The translations under genes were made by a program, and so were the position numbers. DNA of 63,942 nucleotides, filler included, from Octopus bimaculoides (taxonomy: Eukaryota): assembly GCF_001194135.2 (NCBI RefSeq). It is 5 parts of 5 records of this genome, joined end to end, with 100 filler letters (N's around TTAATTAATTAA, not from the genome) between each part and the next. Parts side by side here need not be neighbours in the genome. Positions count along the whole stretch, not along the records: positions 1 to 29,616 come from NC_068981.1; 4 more parts are not named here. One strand, 5' to 3'. The notes under the pieces were generated by a model. The model saw nothing but the letters and a program-made list of their open reading frames with translations. It had not been told where the DNA came from and did not search any database. Position 1 is the stretch's first letter. Each line of letters opens with the position of its first letter. Below, in pieces: positions 1 to 11,005 of the stretch.

Positions 1-822
1 GGTGATGGTGTTGGTGGTGATGGTGTTGGTGGTGTGGAGGCTTTTGGTTGTTGTTGTTGTTGCTGCAATTTTCTGTTTTTGTCTGCCTCCATTCTTTGCT
101 TGTAGATGGGGCAGTCTCTTTTTAGGTGTTTTTCACTGCTGCAGAGGTAGCACTTTGGTCTGCGCCCCTCTACTGCAATGTGTATTCTACTGCCATCCGG
201 CAGGTTTATGGTGTCGGGTATGGTATTTATGCTATCTTGTTCGATCTGAACAAGGAGATGCATTTCCATGCCCAACCAGTTTTTTTCTTTTACTCTGTTC
301 ACCTTTAGGATAGTGGCAGTCTCTTCAATGTCGAAGAGCATAGCTGCCACTAGCCAGGAGATGTTCAGTTCTGGTGGCACATGATTTATTTTTATTTCTG
401 TCACACGTCGACCAAGGTATGTCGGCACGAGTAAGAATTCTTCCGCCTTTAACGGTGTTGTAGAGTGCCGGATGGCATCCTCTTCCGTTGGGAAGCGCAC
501 TTCCACTGTTCCAAAGCGCTTCCCTTTGGTTACGAAGCTTTTTTGGCCCCATATCAGCTTTAGAGCTAACTCCAATCTCTGTGGAGTAGCATTCTCCATC
601 TTTTGGTATTTTGTATTGAATACCTTGTATACTATTGTTTTTCTTTTCGTTGTTTGTATTAATGCTTGTGGAGTGTTAAGGAAGACATTATTGCCATCCC
701 TTCTTAACAATTCCTTGGCATTCTTTATTTCTGCCATTGTCACTTGGATTTCTTCTGAGCTCTGCTTAGCTGCGGAGGCGAAACCGTTGCAATGGCTACT
801 GGTTGTGGTCTTGGTACGAAAA
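1..822 (-). mobile_element. Non-LTR retrotransposon ORF1 (gag-like, CCHC zinc knuckle), probably L1/Tx1 clade; runs off the window edge
   Basis: Manual translation of the minus frame (ATG at 737) finds no stop down to base 3: MAEIKNAKELLRRDGNNVFLNTP...GTVEVRFPTEEDAIRHS...PTYLGRRVTEIKINHVPPE...EGRRPKCYLCSSEKHLKRDCPIYKQRM...QQQQQPKASTPPTPSPPTPS. Perfect C-x2-C-x4-H-x4-C motif. The 5' side abuts an (AAT)n array at 822-849. Confidence 0.85.
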
Positions 823-1140
823 TAATAATAATAATAATAATAATAATAAAGGTTCCATGGATGCTTATAAATCATGTAAAACTGCAGCTTTATACATCAA
901 AAGAAATTGATAAGGAAATCTGCGAAAATATTGTGAAGTAATCATGTATTAAAGTAATTATGTTAATTTTATTTTAATTTAATTAAAATTGAAAATTATA
1001 ATAAGAATCTTTTGATATTTATTCGTATTTATGTGTTGTTGTTTTTTTGTACTTTTCATTCGTATTTAGTGTTTTTTAATGCCCTTTAGCTTTCGAAACA
1101 GTAATTGTAGAATTTTGAATTGGTAACCCTGAATTATTAG

Positions 1141-1428
1141 AGAACCCGGTCATCGGTCATAAATGTCCATGGGATTGCACCTAGAAAAGTTTCCCACTGA
1201 ATTACAAATCACCATGCATACCAGCCCCCCCCCTCCTCTCCACGCCACTGATGTTACCCGAGGGAAAGGCCGATATAGTTTGACACCAGTAACGCCGCAA
1301 CTCATTTCTACAGCAGGATGAACTGGAGCAACGTGAAATAAAGTGTTTTCTTCAAGAACACAACACACAGCCCGATCCAGGAATTGAACTCATTATCTGA
1401 CACTCTAACCACTGAGTCATGCGCCTTC
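1141..1428 (-). mobile_element. tRNA-derived SINE, family B (head GAAGGCGCATGGCTCAGTGGTTAGAG, central TTGAGCAAGACAC domain)
   Basis: Reverse complement of the copies at 8531-8903 and 9729-10053; A/B-box-like head. Confidence 0.85.
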
Positions 1429-1431
1429 TAC

Positions 1432-2400
1432 ACCCCAGAATATAAAGCTATTACGTTAAGTATGATTGGAAATCTGTGTTTCTCGGTTTAGAGGCCAAGC
1501 AAAAGATCACTGGCGCACATCGCATGGAAAATTATTTTTAGACAGGTTTCAGAATTTGAAATTTAAGAAAAATTAGGATCTAGTTGGTTTGGCTGCCAGT
1601 AGTTCAAAAATTTAAAAACTTGGCACATTAATATACTTTTCCAATCTTAATTGCTGGAGTTATTTAACTTTTTCCAGAAAAATGTTTTTAAAAAGTTATA
1701 GCGGTTTAAAGTTTGATCGTTTTCACCCAGTCAGGAAACAGGATTTGGAAGCTGTCATTTTGTGCGTGACTGCCCTGAAAATAGCACGTGTTTTTTAACC
1801 CCCTCATAACTTTTTTAAAATTTGGAATTTTCAGATCTTTGCGAATTTGTACTCTACACACGGGAATTCATACGAGTATGCAAAAAATTCTTTAATGGGT
1901 GGGTGGGGTGATTTAAGGCCTATTTAGCACATCTCACGACTAGGGTACAAGCAACAGAACACAGCGTCAACCATACGTGGCGTCGCGTAGAATATATTTG
2001 TCAATACACGTGCTTTCTCGCTGACAAAAGAGTTCTCATGTTTGGCTTGTTACTATGGAAACAGGCACGAATGTGTCTTTTGCTTACGATTGGCTAAAAT
2101 TACCCAAGATTTTCAAACTTTAATTGGTAATAACTCTTTATTGATTTATAGCGAAAATGATTTTCACGTCATTCATTAGCCTATAAAAATATATCATTAC
2201 ACTGAATATGAAATCAGTTCGAACATTAATTGATGCTGGCAGCCGAACCAACTAGATCCAAAAATTATGTTAAAAGCAACCACTCGTCTTATTTTATTAA
2301 TCAAACTTGTGTATAATAAAATTTTGATTAACCCGTTTTTCAAGACACTCAAAAAATAATACGTATTTTCTAAAACAGGCTCTCATACTTCCATCGTACC
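1432..2400. repeat. Unclassified AT-rich interspersed repeat (host repeat copy 1), interrupted by a MITE
   Basis: 1432-1575 aligns by eye with 3030-3170 (CACCC(C/T)AGAATATAAA...GGAAATC(T/C)GTGTTTCTCG...GGAAAATTATTT); 2290-2390 aligns with 3450-3545 (AAACTTGTGTAT...TAACCCGTTTTTCAAGACAC...TTTTCTAAAAC). Confidence 0.7.
1576..2259. mobile_element. Non-autonomous DNA transposon (MITE), GG termini, 8-bp TSD; Merlin-like
   Basis: TIR GGATCTAGTTGGTT(T/C)GGCTGCCAG, 24 bp with 1 mismatch; exact TSD AAAAATTA at 1568-1575 and 2260-2267. Confidence 0.85.
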
Positions 2401-2428
2401 CATTTGTTATGTTGTACAATTTTAAAAA

Positions 2429-2569
2429 CATCAATGCAGCACCAAATGCTACAGTTCGTTGCACACCGCAAGGTTCAACGGAACCTACTGAAGCAAGCCA
2501 ACACACTCGCGGCATTACCACGGGCGATGGAAAAGAGTTGGAAAAGCTAAGCACCCCGACGAGCATCAC
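2429..2569 (-). mobile_element. 3' end fragment of a CRE-like restriction-like-endonuclease LINE
   Basis: Minus frame DARRGA*LFQLFSIARGNAASVLACFSRFR*; homologous to 6070-6250 in the opposite orientation. Confidence 0.65.
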
Positions 2570-3029
2570 ATATGGATATACCTACACAAAAGCCCCTCGC
2601 CCCGTGACTTTGTTCCGTCATAATTTTCAGAAAAAAAAAAAAAAATTTTAGTGAAATTTTCTACAAAATATTTTCAGACTGTAAATTATAATTATATCGG
2701 AATTTAATGAGAAAAAAATAAAAATATAATGGTGTGCGCGCGCACATACCATACTGACTTGCATCACAATTTTTTCAACATTTCAAGCTTCATTTTGTTG
2801 ATACATAATGTGATATGTGTGTATGCGCACCCACCAATTTTTTCTCTCATTAAATTCCAATATAATCGTAATGTACAATGTCTGAAAGGTATTTGTAGAA
2901 AATTTCATTAAGAAATATTCATTTTCTGTAAGTTCTGAGGAAACAAAGTGAGGAGGGGACGCACACTTGTGCAGGCATCTCAAAATTTCTACCATCTCTG
3001 CTGGTTGCTCAGTACTGACTGACTTATTA

Positions 3030-3545
3030 CACCCTAGAATATAAATGTATTACAGTAAGCGTGACTGGAAATCCGTGTTTCTCGATTTACAGGTCATGTA
3101 AAAAATGACTGGTGCACATTGCGAGGAAAATTATTTAAAAAATATTTACCTATTCGAAAATTAAGAAAATAATGTTAAAAAAAGAAAAAAACAATTTCTT
3201 TGGTACTACTAAAGCAGCGCGGACCCGAACGCGCAGTCGCGCGTCCGCGCTAGCTAGTCTTGAGTGGTCGATCCTAACTCTAACCCTGTCCCTAACCCTA
3301 TCCCTAACCTTAACCCTATCCCTAACCCGCGTGTGCAAATGAATACGTGTTTAGGGTTAGGGTTAGGATCGACCACTCACGACTAGCTAGTGCGGACGCG
3401 CGACTGCGCGTTCGGGTTCGCGCTGCTTTAGTAGTACCATTTCTTTTCCTGTTTTATTGACTAAACTTGTGTATGACAAAATTTTGAATAACCCGTTTTT
3501 CAAGACACAAGCATTCATATGGATTTTCTAAAACCGGATCTCACA
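3030..3545. repeat. Host repeat copy 2, interrupted by a palindromic MITE
   Basis: Colinear with 1432-2400 once the inserted MITEs are removed. Confidence 0.7.
3202..3438. mobile_element. 237-bp fold-back MITE, GG termini, 8-bp TSD (Merlin-like), with internal telomere-like repeats
   Basis: About 77-bp TIRs starting GGTACTACTAAAGCAGCGCG with 3 mismatches; exact TSD ATTTCTTT at 3194-3201 and 3439-3446; CCCTAA-like array inside the left arm and TTAGGG array inside the right arm. Confidence 0.9.
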
Positions 3546-4519
3546 CAGACGTTTCTTCGAGTATAGGGGTGGGTGGCTGGGGCACAACGAGTAATATTTA
3601 CTGCGTTTTTGACTTTGAGAAGAAAAAAAAAAATTACACATGTTCACTACCTCACAAAAACTGTATCATCACAGCAAATGACCTTCTCTAACTACATTAA
3701 AAACACTACAACATATTCAGAACACTATTTCAAAAAATTATCTCCGTTCTCTTTGAACGAATAAAAGACAAATTTATCTGGGGCAAAATGAGTAAGACAA
3801 GATTAGTTAAATTTGCCTCTTCAATTCTCCAGAATTACATTTGAAAAAAGACTCGTACACATTAATATCCACCTAGGTCAAATGAAAGAGGTTCATGGAA
3901 AAATGACACATGATATGAAATTAACGAAACTCGACTAAATTTAAAAGCTCAACATAAAATATTCTTTATAGATACACGATCTACTGGAATATCTTTCATA
4001 ATGCAGCTGGAAGAAATTAATTACTCATTTTACCCCATTTTAAACATCATTCTTTGAAAATTGAAAATTATCAAGTTAGATATAAGGAAAAAATTGACTT
4101 GTAATCCAACAGAGAAAAAAAATATTGATTGTTAAACTCCAAAAATTATTCAGATATTTTATTAGCAACCTCAATTACAGTCGGGTGAGAGTTGAAAAAT
4201 TTACTGAAAAAAAAAAGGACCTGTCACTTGATTATGTCTCCAACTCTCAACTTCAGCAACAACAATGCTGACCAATTTTTACTCCGAAAGATGACGCAAC
4301 AGTACAGAATGATGATGCAATACTTGCCATGTAATGGTTTCAAGCAAGTAGAGAGAAAATAACGAGAAATCAGATTGTTTTGCTCCAGTTTCAAATCGCC
4401 CCCCCCATCCCTACCGCTGTTCGTCATATCAGACAATATTTACCCATTCTAAACTGATTGTTCAGTACCATAAAACAGGTAATACTGGATACCAACGTTT
4501 AATTTGATATTAATTATTA

Positions 4520-4680
4520 TATTTGGAACTCAAATTCCGCCGAGGTCAACTTTGCCTTTCATCCTTTCGCAGTCGATATAATTAGTACCAGCTGAGCAGT
4601 GGGGGCGATATAATCGATTTGTCGCCTTCCTTCAAAATTACTGGCTTTGTACCAAAATTTAAAACCAGTTATTATATTTG
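4520..4680 (+). mobile_element. SINE family C fragment (CAAATTCCGCCGAGGTCAACTTTGCCTTTCATCCTTTCG core)
   Basis: Shares its core with 12470-13415, 34290-34680, 53505-53690 and 62150-62345. Confidence 0.75.
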
Positions 4681-5546
4681 GAACTCGAAATTTCAAAAAC
4701 AATTTATTTGATTTTTTTTTCTCGATAAATACTATTTACTAAATATGATGGTGCACTATTGCAAAGTAATTGGTTGTCCTTTACTTCAAAATTTCAGTAT
4801 TTTTTACAAATGTGGTGCAATGAGATAGCACCATATTTTCTTTTGCATACCCATGGGATACACGAATCACAATTTGAAAACTCTGCTCTAAAGCCAGAAA
4901 TTATATATTTTAAAATTTACAACTCATGTAGATACTTCTTGCAATGCACATGCTCGTGCGCGTCTTTATGGTTGTGTTTGTCCACTACCACCGCTTGACA
5001 ATCGTAGATTGGCGGTCCAACAAAAAGAAACCGGGTATATAAGTACCAGACTTAAAATAAGTACTGGGATTGATTTTTTTCGACTAAACCCTTCAAGGCG
5101 GTATCCCGACAGCGAGATTTTTTTCCTACTAGAGTTCCGGACTAAAGTTATGAACTCATTTGCATCAGTTCAACTATCAAACAAATTTATGAGCGCATAA
5201 CAAGTGACGGCCGATAAGAAGGTCACTTGGGTAAGGAATGACCGTGCTTTTTTCCTCTTTTAATAATGCTTGTTCTTGTTTCAATCATGGCTGCCTCTGA
5301 GTAGTTGTGTTGTTGTTTACTTTGTGAAACAGTAAGAGGAGAGGGTTGCTAGCACATCACCCTCTACCCACATTTTTCCCATCCACATCTTTACCATATG
5401 GGGCCCTAACAAAATCCTATAATAGGTATAGATGCTAATCTAATTACTTGTCTCCTAAAATCAGGCATAACTTGGCGATCGGTCGATTTACAACACCGTT
5501 CTTGAATGCCAACCTTTGTTAACTTTCACGGTCAAGGTGAGCTCTG

Positions 5547-5563
5547 ATTGGCTGTATGCAAAT
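5547..5563 (+). promoter_or_regulatory. Adjacent CCAAT box (ATTGG) and octamer ATGCAAAT; may be internal to a repeat
   Basis: Sequence CTGATTGGCTGTATGCAAATGAG; no associated gene identified. Confidence 0.25.
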
Positions 5564-5859
5564 GAGTGCGTTACTGGGGTCCGGAACTATCGTTGGAAAA
5601 AAATTTCGCATCCCGGCAGAGCCGCTGTCCAAAGAATTGATCAAATAAATAATAATTAAATAAAACAAAAAAATTAGCTGAGAAAAATTAAAGAAATAAA
5701 TAATTTTTACGGAAATTGCCGAACAGACTACTTTCACTTTTCATATACTTTCTCCGAAAGATTGCCAAATTCGCCCGCCATATAATTGTGATTAATCTAC
5801 ACTAACTGGGAGATATTTGTAGAAAATTTGGCGAAGATAAAGAATTCGCACACCCAGTT

Positions 5860-5891
5860 TTTAGGGTTTAGGGTTAGGATTAGGGTTAGAG
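5860..5891 (+). repeat. Short interstitial telomere-like repeat
   Basis: TTAGGGTTTAGGGTTAGGATTAGGGTTAGAG inside an AT-rich repeat relic. Confidence 0.7.
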
Positions 5892-6069
5892 TTTTTGTTA
5901 TGCCGAAAACGGGTGGTGTGCATATTCTTTATCTTCGCTGAAAATTTGATTAAAACACTCGTATTTCTGAAAGTTATGAGGAAACAAAGTCGTCTCGTGT
6001 AAATTTTCCGAAATTCCTCTCGCAGTCTATGAAAAAACCTTTGCATAAATTCCGATATAATCGTAATCG

Positions 6070-6250
6070 TTGGCAGTTCGCTTCACCAAGGTGTCAGGTG
6101 ATGCTCTTGAGAGCACTTGGCTTTTCCAACGCCTTACCCTCGTCATCGCTCGTGGTCACGCTGCGAGCATGGTAGCTTGCGTCAGCAGGTTCCGGTGAAC
6201 ATTGTGGTGTGCAACCAATTGAAGCACTTGGTGCTGCATTGATATATTTT
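6070..6250 (+). mobile_element. 3' end fragment of a CRE-like RLE LINE with short 3' UTR
   Basis: 6070-6198 reads LAVRFTKVSGDALESTWLFQRLTLVIARGHAASMVACVSRFR*, matching the recalled C-terminal FQRLSxAIQRGNAAS motif of CRE-clade ORFs. Confidence 0.7.
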
Positions 6251-7245
6251 TCTCTCTTCTTTCTTTTTTTTCTCTCCCCTTTTTCTTTTCTTTTCCGTTT
6301 TCCCCCACCTTTTCTCTATCTTTCTTTTGTGGAAACTTATATTATGGAAGAATCATGACTATTCTTTAGGGTTTGTATTTTAATGTGGTTTTGTTTTATT
6401 CATATATCATATACATGCGTGTTATATATATATAATAAAATACTTTATATTAAAGGAAATTATCACTTTTGTGAACCACATTTGTAATCTACATCATCTG
6501 AAAAGTATTCGTAGAAAATTTCATTGAAAAACAGCTACTTTTCTGAAAATTATGAGGAAACAAAGTCTGTAGGAGATCACGCTTATGTAGGTATGCCTAA
6601 AATTAATAAAGAAAACATCAAAATTTAGCTAATCAACCGCGTTTTATTTTCTAATTCTTTTTCGTATTTTGCATGTGTATCATAACTTTATAGTGTTTAT
6701 TTTCTCACATATTAGTAACTTCAATTGAGGAAATGACAGCGGGTAGATAAGTACTGTGCGTCATCGTTCATTCCTTGCCTCCTGTCACTTGCCGACGCAG
6801 TAACGACATTTACCATTTCTTCCCCACCACTCATTCTTATATGTGAGGTCGGTTACTATGTAAACAAACCTGTCGCATCATAAGCCAAGTGAAAGCGGGG
6901 GAACCTCTACTCAGTTCCACAACCTGTTAAAAATAGCAGCTAAATCTTCATCAAGTGACAAACCGTCGTCTTGAAATAAAAAGAAACTATATTTCTTGAA
7001 TAACGAAGTTCTAGATAATGAAGATGGTTTAGATATCATAGGTCTGTTCAATCAGGCTGGACGTGGGGCTAAACAACAACGATAGCTGTCACATAATTAG
7101 GCATAATGTTGCTTCCTGTCCTGAATCTCATATACGACTAAATGCATTATAAATTCTGCTTACTAAATGACTTGATGTTATTTCTCCTTAGCAGTACCCA
7201 AACCACTATGTCAGGGAGTGGATGTAAGGAGGAATACCATGTGTT

Positions 7246-7276
<31 letters not shown>

Positions 7277-7429
7277 ACCCTTGTTTTGTTGCCACATGTT
7301 TCGAAGGAACTTCTCTTGATCAACCCCTTCCCCCTCTTCATATCACCACGTGTCTGGTGTAAGAAAAAAGGGCAAAAATACTGTTCTGCTAATCAATAAC
7401 ATCCGTTTAACATCAACCTACCACCCTCC

Positions 7430-7721
<292 letters not shown>

Positions 7722-7736
7722 CTATTTACCAATCTA

Positions 7737-8182
7737 CAAGGTGTATTCCAGGTTTTTTGAGACTTAGGTGAAACATTTATTAATTTCAAAGAAGTATAAA
7801 ACTTTCGACTTCAATACACCTGTAGTGCTCCAACCACTTGGTGAAGGCCTCATGGAAGTCCTCCAAAGTAAAAGTGTCCAGGACCCTTGTCACAACCTTC
7901 TTTATCTTCTCAATATCTTCAAAACAACTGCCCCCTGAGGTTCTCTTTCACCTTGAGAAACTGCCAGAAGTCACAGGGAGTGAGGTTGGGCTGCAGGGAA
8001 GGTGAAGGACAGTTTTGATGCCCATCTCTGTCAAGTAGTTGGTTACCAAGATGGAATTGTGAACTGGTGAATTGTCCTGGTGCAGGTGCCTCTATCCTGA
8101 ATGGAAAAGCTCTGGCCTTTTGTGTTCAAATCTCTGCATAAATTCTCTCAGAACCTTCACAAAGTACCATTTGTTGATGTGT
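7737..8182 (-). mobile_element. Degenerate mariner (DD34D) transposon, 3' part
   Basis: Minus translation INKWYFVKVLREF...KRPELF...HLHQDNSPVHNSILVTNYLTEMGIKTVLHLPCSP../CDFWQFLKVKENLRG..FEDIEKIKKVVTRVLDTFTLEDFHEAFTKWLEHY; probable terminus TA|CAAGGTG at 7735. Confidence 0.85.
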
Positions 8183-8530
8183 CACGATGATGCATGTGTA
8201 AGATTAAATTTGTCATGGCCTATCACCAATAGTTCTTACTCTATTTATACATAGTCATAGACTGGTGATTCAGGTATGTGATGTTGATGGCGAAATATTG
8301 TTATCCATCACTCTTTCACTCCTGAATTTGATACAAGGTAAGTTGTCTCACCTGGCTATGACTTTCAGGTGTTTTAACACCCAGTGTTATGAGATAGTTG
8401 ACCTCCTGCACTATACTGCTGTAAATCTGGCAAACAAACACAACACATACATTGAATATGTGTGATCGATAATGTTTACAACACTAGTGCTGCTTTTAAT
8501 TCATTATTGGATATATATATATATGTATAT

Positions 8531-8903
8531 GAAAGTGCATAGCTCAGTGGTTAGAGCATTGGGCTTACAATCATGTGGTTGTGAGTTCAATTCCTAGACC
8601 AGGCTGTGTTGTGTTCTTGAGCAAGACACTTTTTGTCATGTTGCTCCAGTTTACTCAGCTGTAGAAATGAGCTGCAACATCACTGGTACCAAGCTGTATC
8701 AGCCTTTGTTTTTCCCTTGGATAACATCGGTGGCGTGGAAAAAGGAGGCTGGTATGCATTGGTGACGTGGAGAAAGGAGGCTGGTATGCATTGGTGACTG
8801 TTGGTCTTCCATAAACAACCATGCCCAGACTTGTGCCTTGGAGGGTAACTTTCTAGGTGCAATCCAATGGTCATTCGTGACTGAAGGGTGTCTTTACCCT
8901 GTA
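8531..8903 (+). mobile_element. SINE family B, tail type 1
   Basis: tRNA-like head, TTGAGCAAGACAC domain, tail ending CTAGGTGCAATCC(C/A)ATGGTCATT...GGTCTTTACC. Confidence 0.85.
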
Positions 8904-9728
8904 TATATGTTCACTTGCTATCAAATATGACCAATTTTTGTACTCCTGTCCTCTTTCCTTTTAAACATGTAATGCCTACCTTTCATGGGCTCTTGCAAAG
9001 ATGAAAATATCTATTAGGTTGGCAAGGCCGAGATTTCATCTCTTATACACAAACCAATTGCACAAAGGACACAGCTACATGGACAGCCATGGAATTATAA
9101 CTGTTTCTGTCTGTACCATCCCTTGTTTGCCCTCACAAGCAAAGACACTATGGACATATCAGATTTTCATTGTTGCACACATGATGCCTTGTACACAACT
9201 TCAATTTCTCTATTCTCTACCTCCCTTTTCTAGACTTCCTATTTACACAATGGTTAACTCATATCTGGGAGTTTTTCTTTATGCAGCATTTTAGATTGCA
9301 TCTGGTTAACCCTGCAAAGTTTGGTAAAGGTACATTGAGAAATGGCAATGCTGTTTCAAGATAACACAGACAAACATCAATGCTTATAGCTATAGATTTG
9401 ATTAAGGCTTTAAGAATAGTACAAAGATTATTATTTTATTAGTTTTTAAAAATTTTTTAGTTTTACATAATGGTTCTTTTCTGGTGATTTTCCACCAGTT
9501 CATAGATTTTTTTCAGGACTGCAGTGAAAACATAATGGTTGAAAGTCTGAATGTCTTTAATTACATGGAAGCAGAACATAGCCATGTCTGTTCAGTGAAG
9601 TGGTGGTGGTGGTGGTTAGTTAGAGATTGTTGTGGTGTTAGTGATGTGTGCAATGATAGCTGTAAATGTTGTAGTGGTTGTATTGGTTAAGGAGTGACTA
9701 TTGGTATTGGTGACTACAATATGAATCA

Positions 9729-10053
9729 AGGCTCAGTGGTTAGAGCATTGCGCTCACAATCATGAGGTAGTGAATTCAATTCCCAGACCAGACTGCATGT
9801 TGTGTTCTTGAGCAAGACACTATTCCACACCCAGTTCACCCAGTTGTAGAAATGAGTTGCGACGTTACTGGTGCCAAGCTGTATCAGTCATTGCTTTTCA
9901 CTTGGATAACATCGGTGGTCTAGGGAGGAGAGGCTGGTATGTATGAGCGATTGATCGTCTTCCATAAGCAACCTTGCCCAGACTCGTGCCTGGGAGGATA
10001 ACTTTCTAGTGCAATCCAATGGTCATTGATGACCAAACGAGGTCTTTACCTTT
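9729..10053 (+). mobile_element. SINE family B, tail type 1
   Basis: Colinear with 8531-8903. Confidence 0.85.
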
Positions 10054-10154
10054 AGTCAGTATGATTGGCATTGTGCTATGTATTAAATAAGTCACAGAAA
10101 AGCATTCCTTCTCTTACCAAGTATAAAGAAGGGATGTGTAAGTATAGATAAGCA

Positions 10155-10305
10155 CAAGTATGGCTGTGTGGTTAAGAAACTTACTCTTGGTTTTAGTCTC
10201 ACTGTGAAAAACCTTGGGTAAGTATCTTCTACTATAGCCCCTGACCAAACAAAGCTGTGTGAGTAGATTTGGTTGATGGAAAATGAAAGACATCTGTTTG
10301 TGTGT
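10155..10305 (+). mobile_element. SINE family A, 5' half
   Basis: GGCTGTGTGGTTAAG...CCTTGGGTAAGTATCTTCTACTATAGCC...GTGAGTAGATTTGG. Confidence 0.75.
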
Positions 10306-10329
10306 GATGTGAAGGTGCATGGCTTACTG

Positions 10330-10617
10330 CAGGCCTGGCCAACTTGAATTACATTGCTGACCACTTTAATCACAGAAAGTTTTTTGAGGGCTGCTTGTAT
10401 ACTTTATGTACTAATTCTGATGCTATTACTACAATAACGAATGAATGATCATTGATTCAACATGAAATATTATCGTTGCAAAAACAGTAGTATCTTTCTT
10501 GTTTACTTTTCATTACAATCTTTAATTTTTGATAAAATTTTTAAAATGTTTGTTGAAATAAACCCATTTCAAGACAGTATCAAGCAGGCTGCAAGATAAA
10601 AGAGTTGGCCAGGCCTG
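10330..10617. mobile_element. 288-bp MITE with hAT-like TIRs
   Basis: Perfect 15-bp TIR CAGGCCTGGCCAACT at 10330-10344 and 10603-10617. Confidence 0.7.
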
Positions 10618-10710
10618 CAGTAAGCCATGCACCTTCACACACACGCAACAGATGTCTTTCATTTTCCATCAACCAAATCTACTCACACAGGCCTCAGGTA
10701 GGCCATCCCA

Positions 10711-11005
10711 GGCTTAGTAGTAAGGGTGTTTGGTTCACAATCATAAGGTCCCGAGTTCAATTCCCAGTGATGCATTGTGCCCTTAAGCAATACACTTTAC
10801 TTCACATTGCGCCAGTCCACTCAGCTGGCAAAAATGAGTTGTACCTGTATTTCAATGGGCCAACCTTGTCGCATTCTGTGTCACGTCGAATTTCCCTGAG
10901 AACTATATTAAGGGTATGTGTTTCTGTGGAGTGCTCAACCATTTGCATATTAATTTCACGATCAGATCAACTGGGATACCAGTCATGGTAACCAAAGGGC
11001 TGCTA
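10711..11005 (+). mobile_element. SINE family B, tail type 2 (head split off at about 10312-10326)
   Basis: Shared central domain; tail GGGCCAACCTTGTC...CTCCCTGAGAACTA...GTGTTTCTGTGGAGTGCTCA also at 11870-12195 and 54005-54125. Confidence 0.8.

Noticed and set aside
472-825. 117-aa plus-strand ORF, also 2-313 and 325-552
   Set aside because: Shadows of the real minus-strand ORF1 frame.
8276-8346. Possible exon ending AAG|GTAAGT
   Set aside because: No polypyrimidine tract at the acceptor and no homology; adjacent to a mariner relic.
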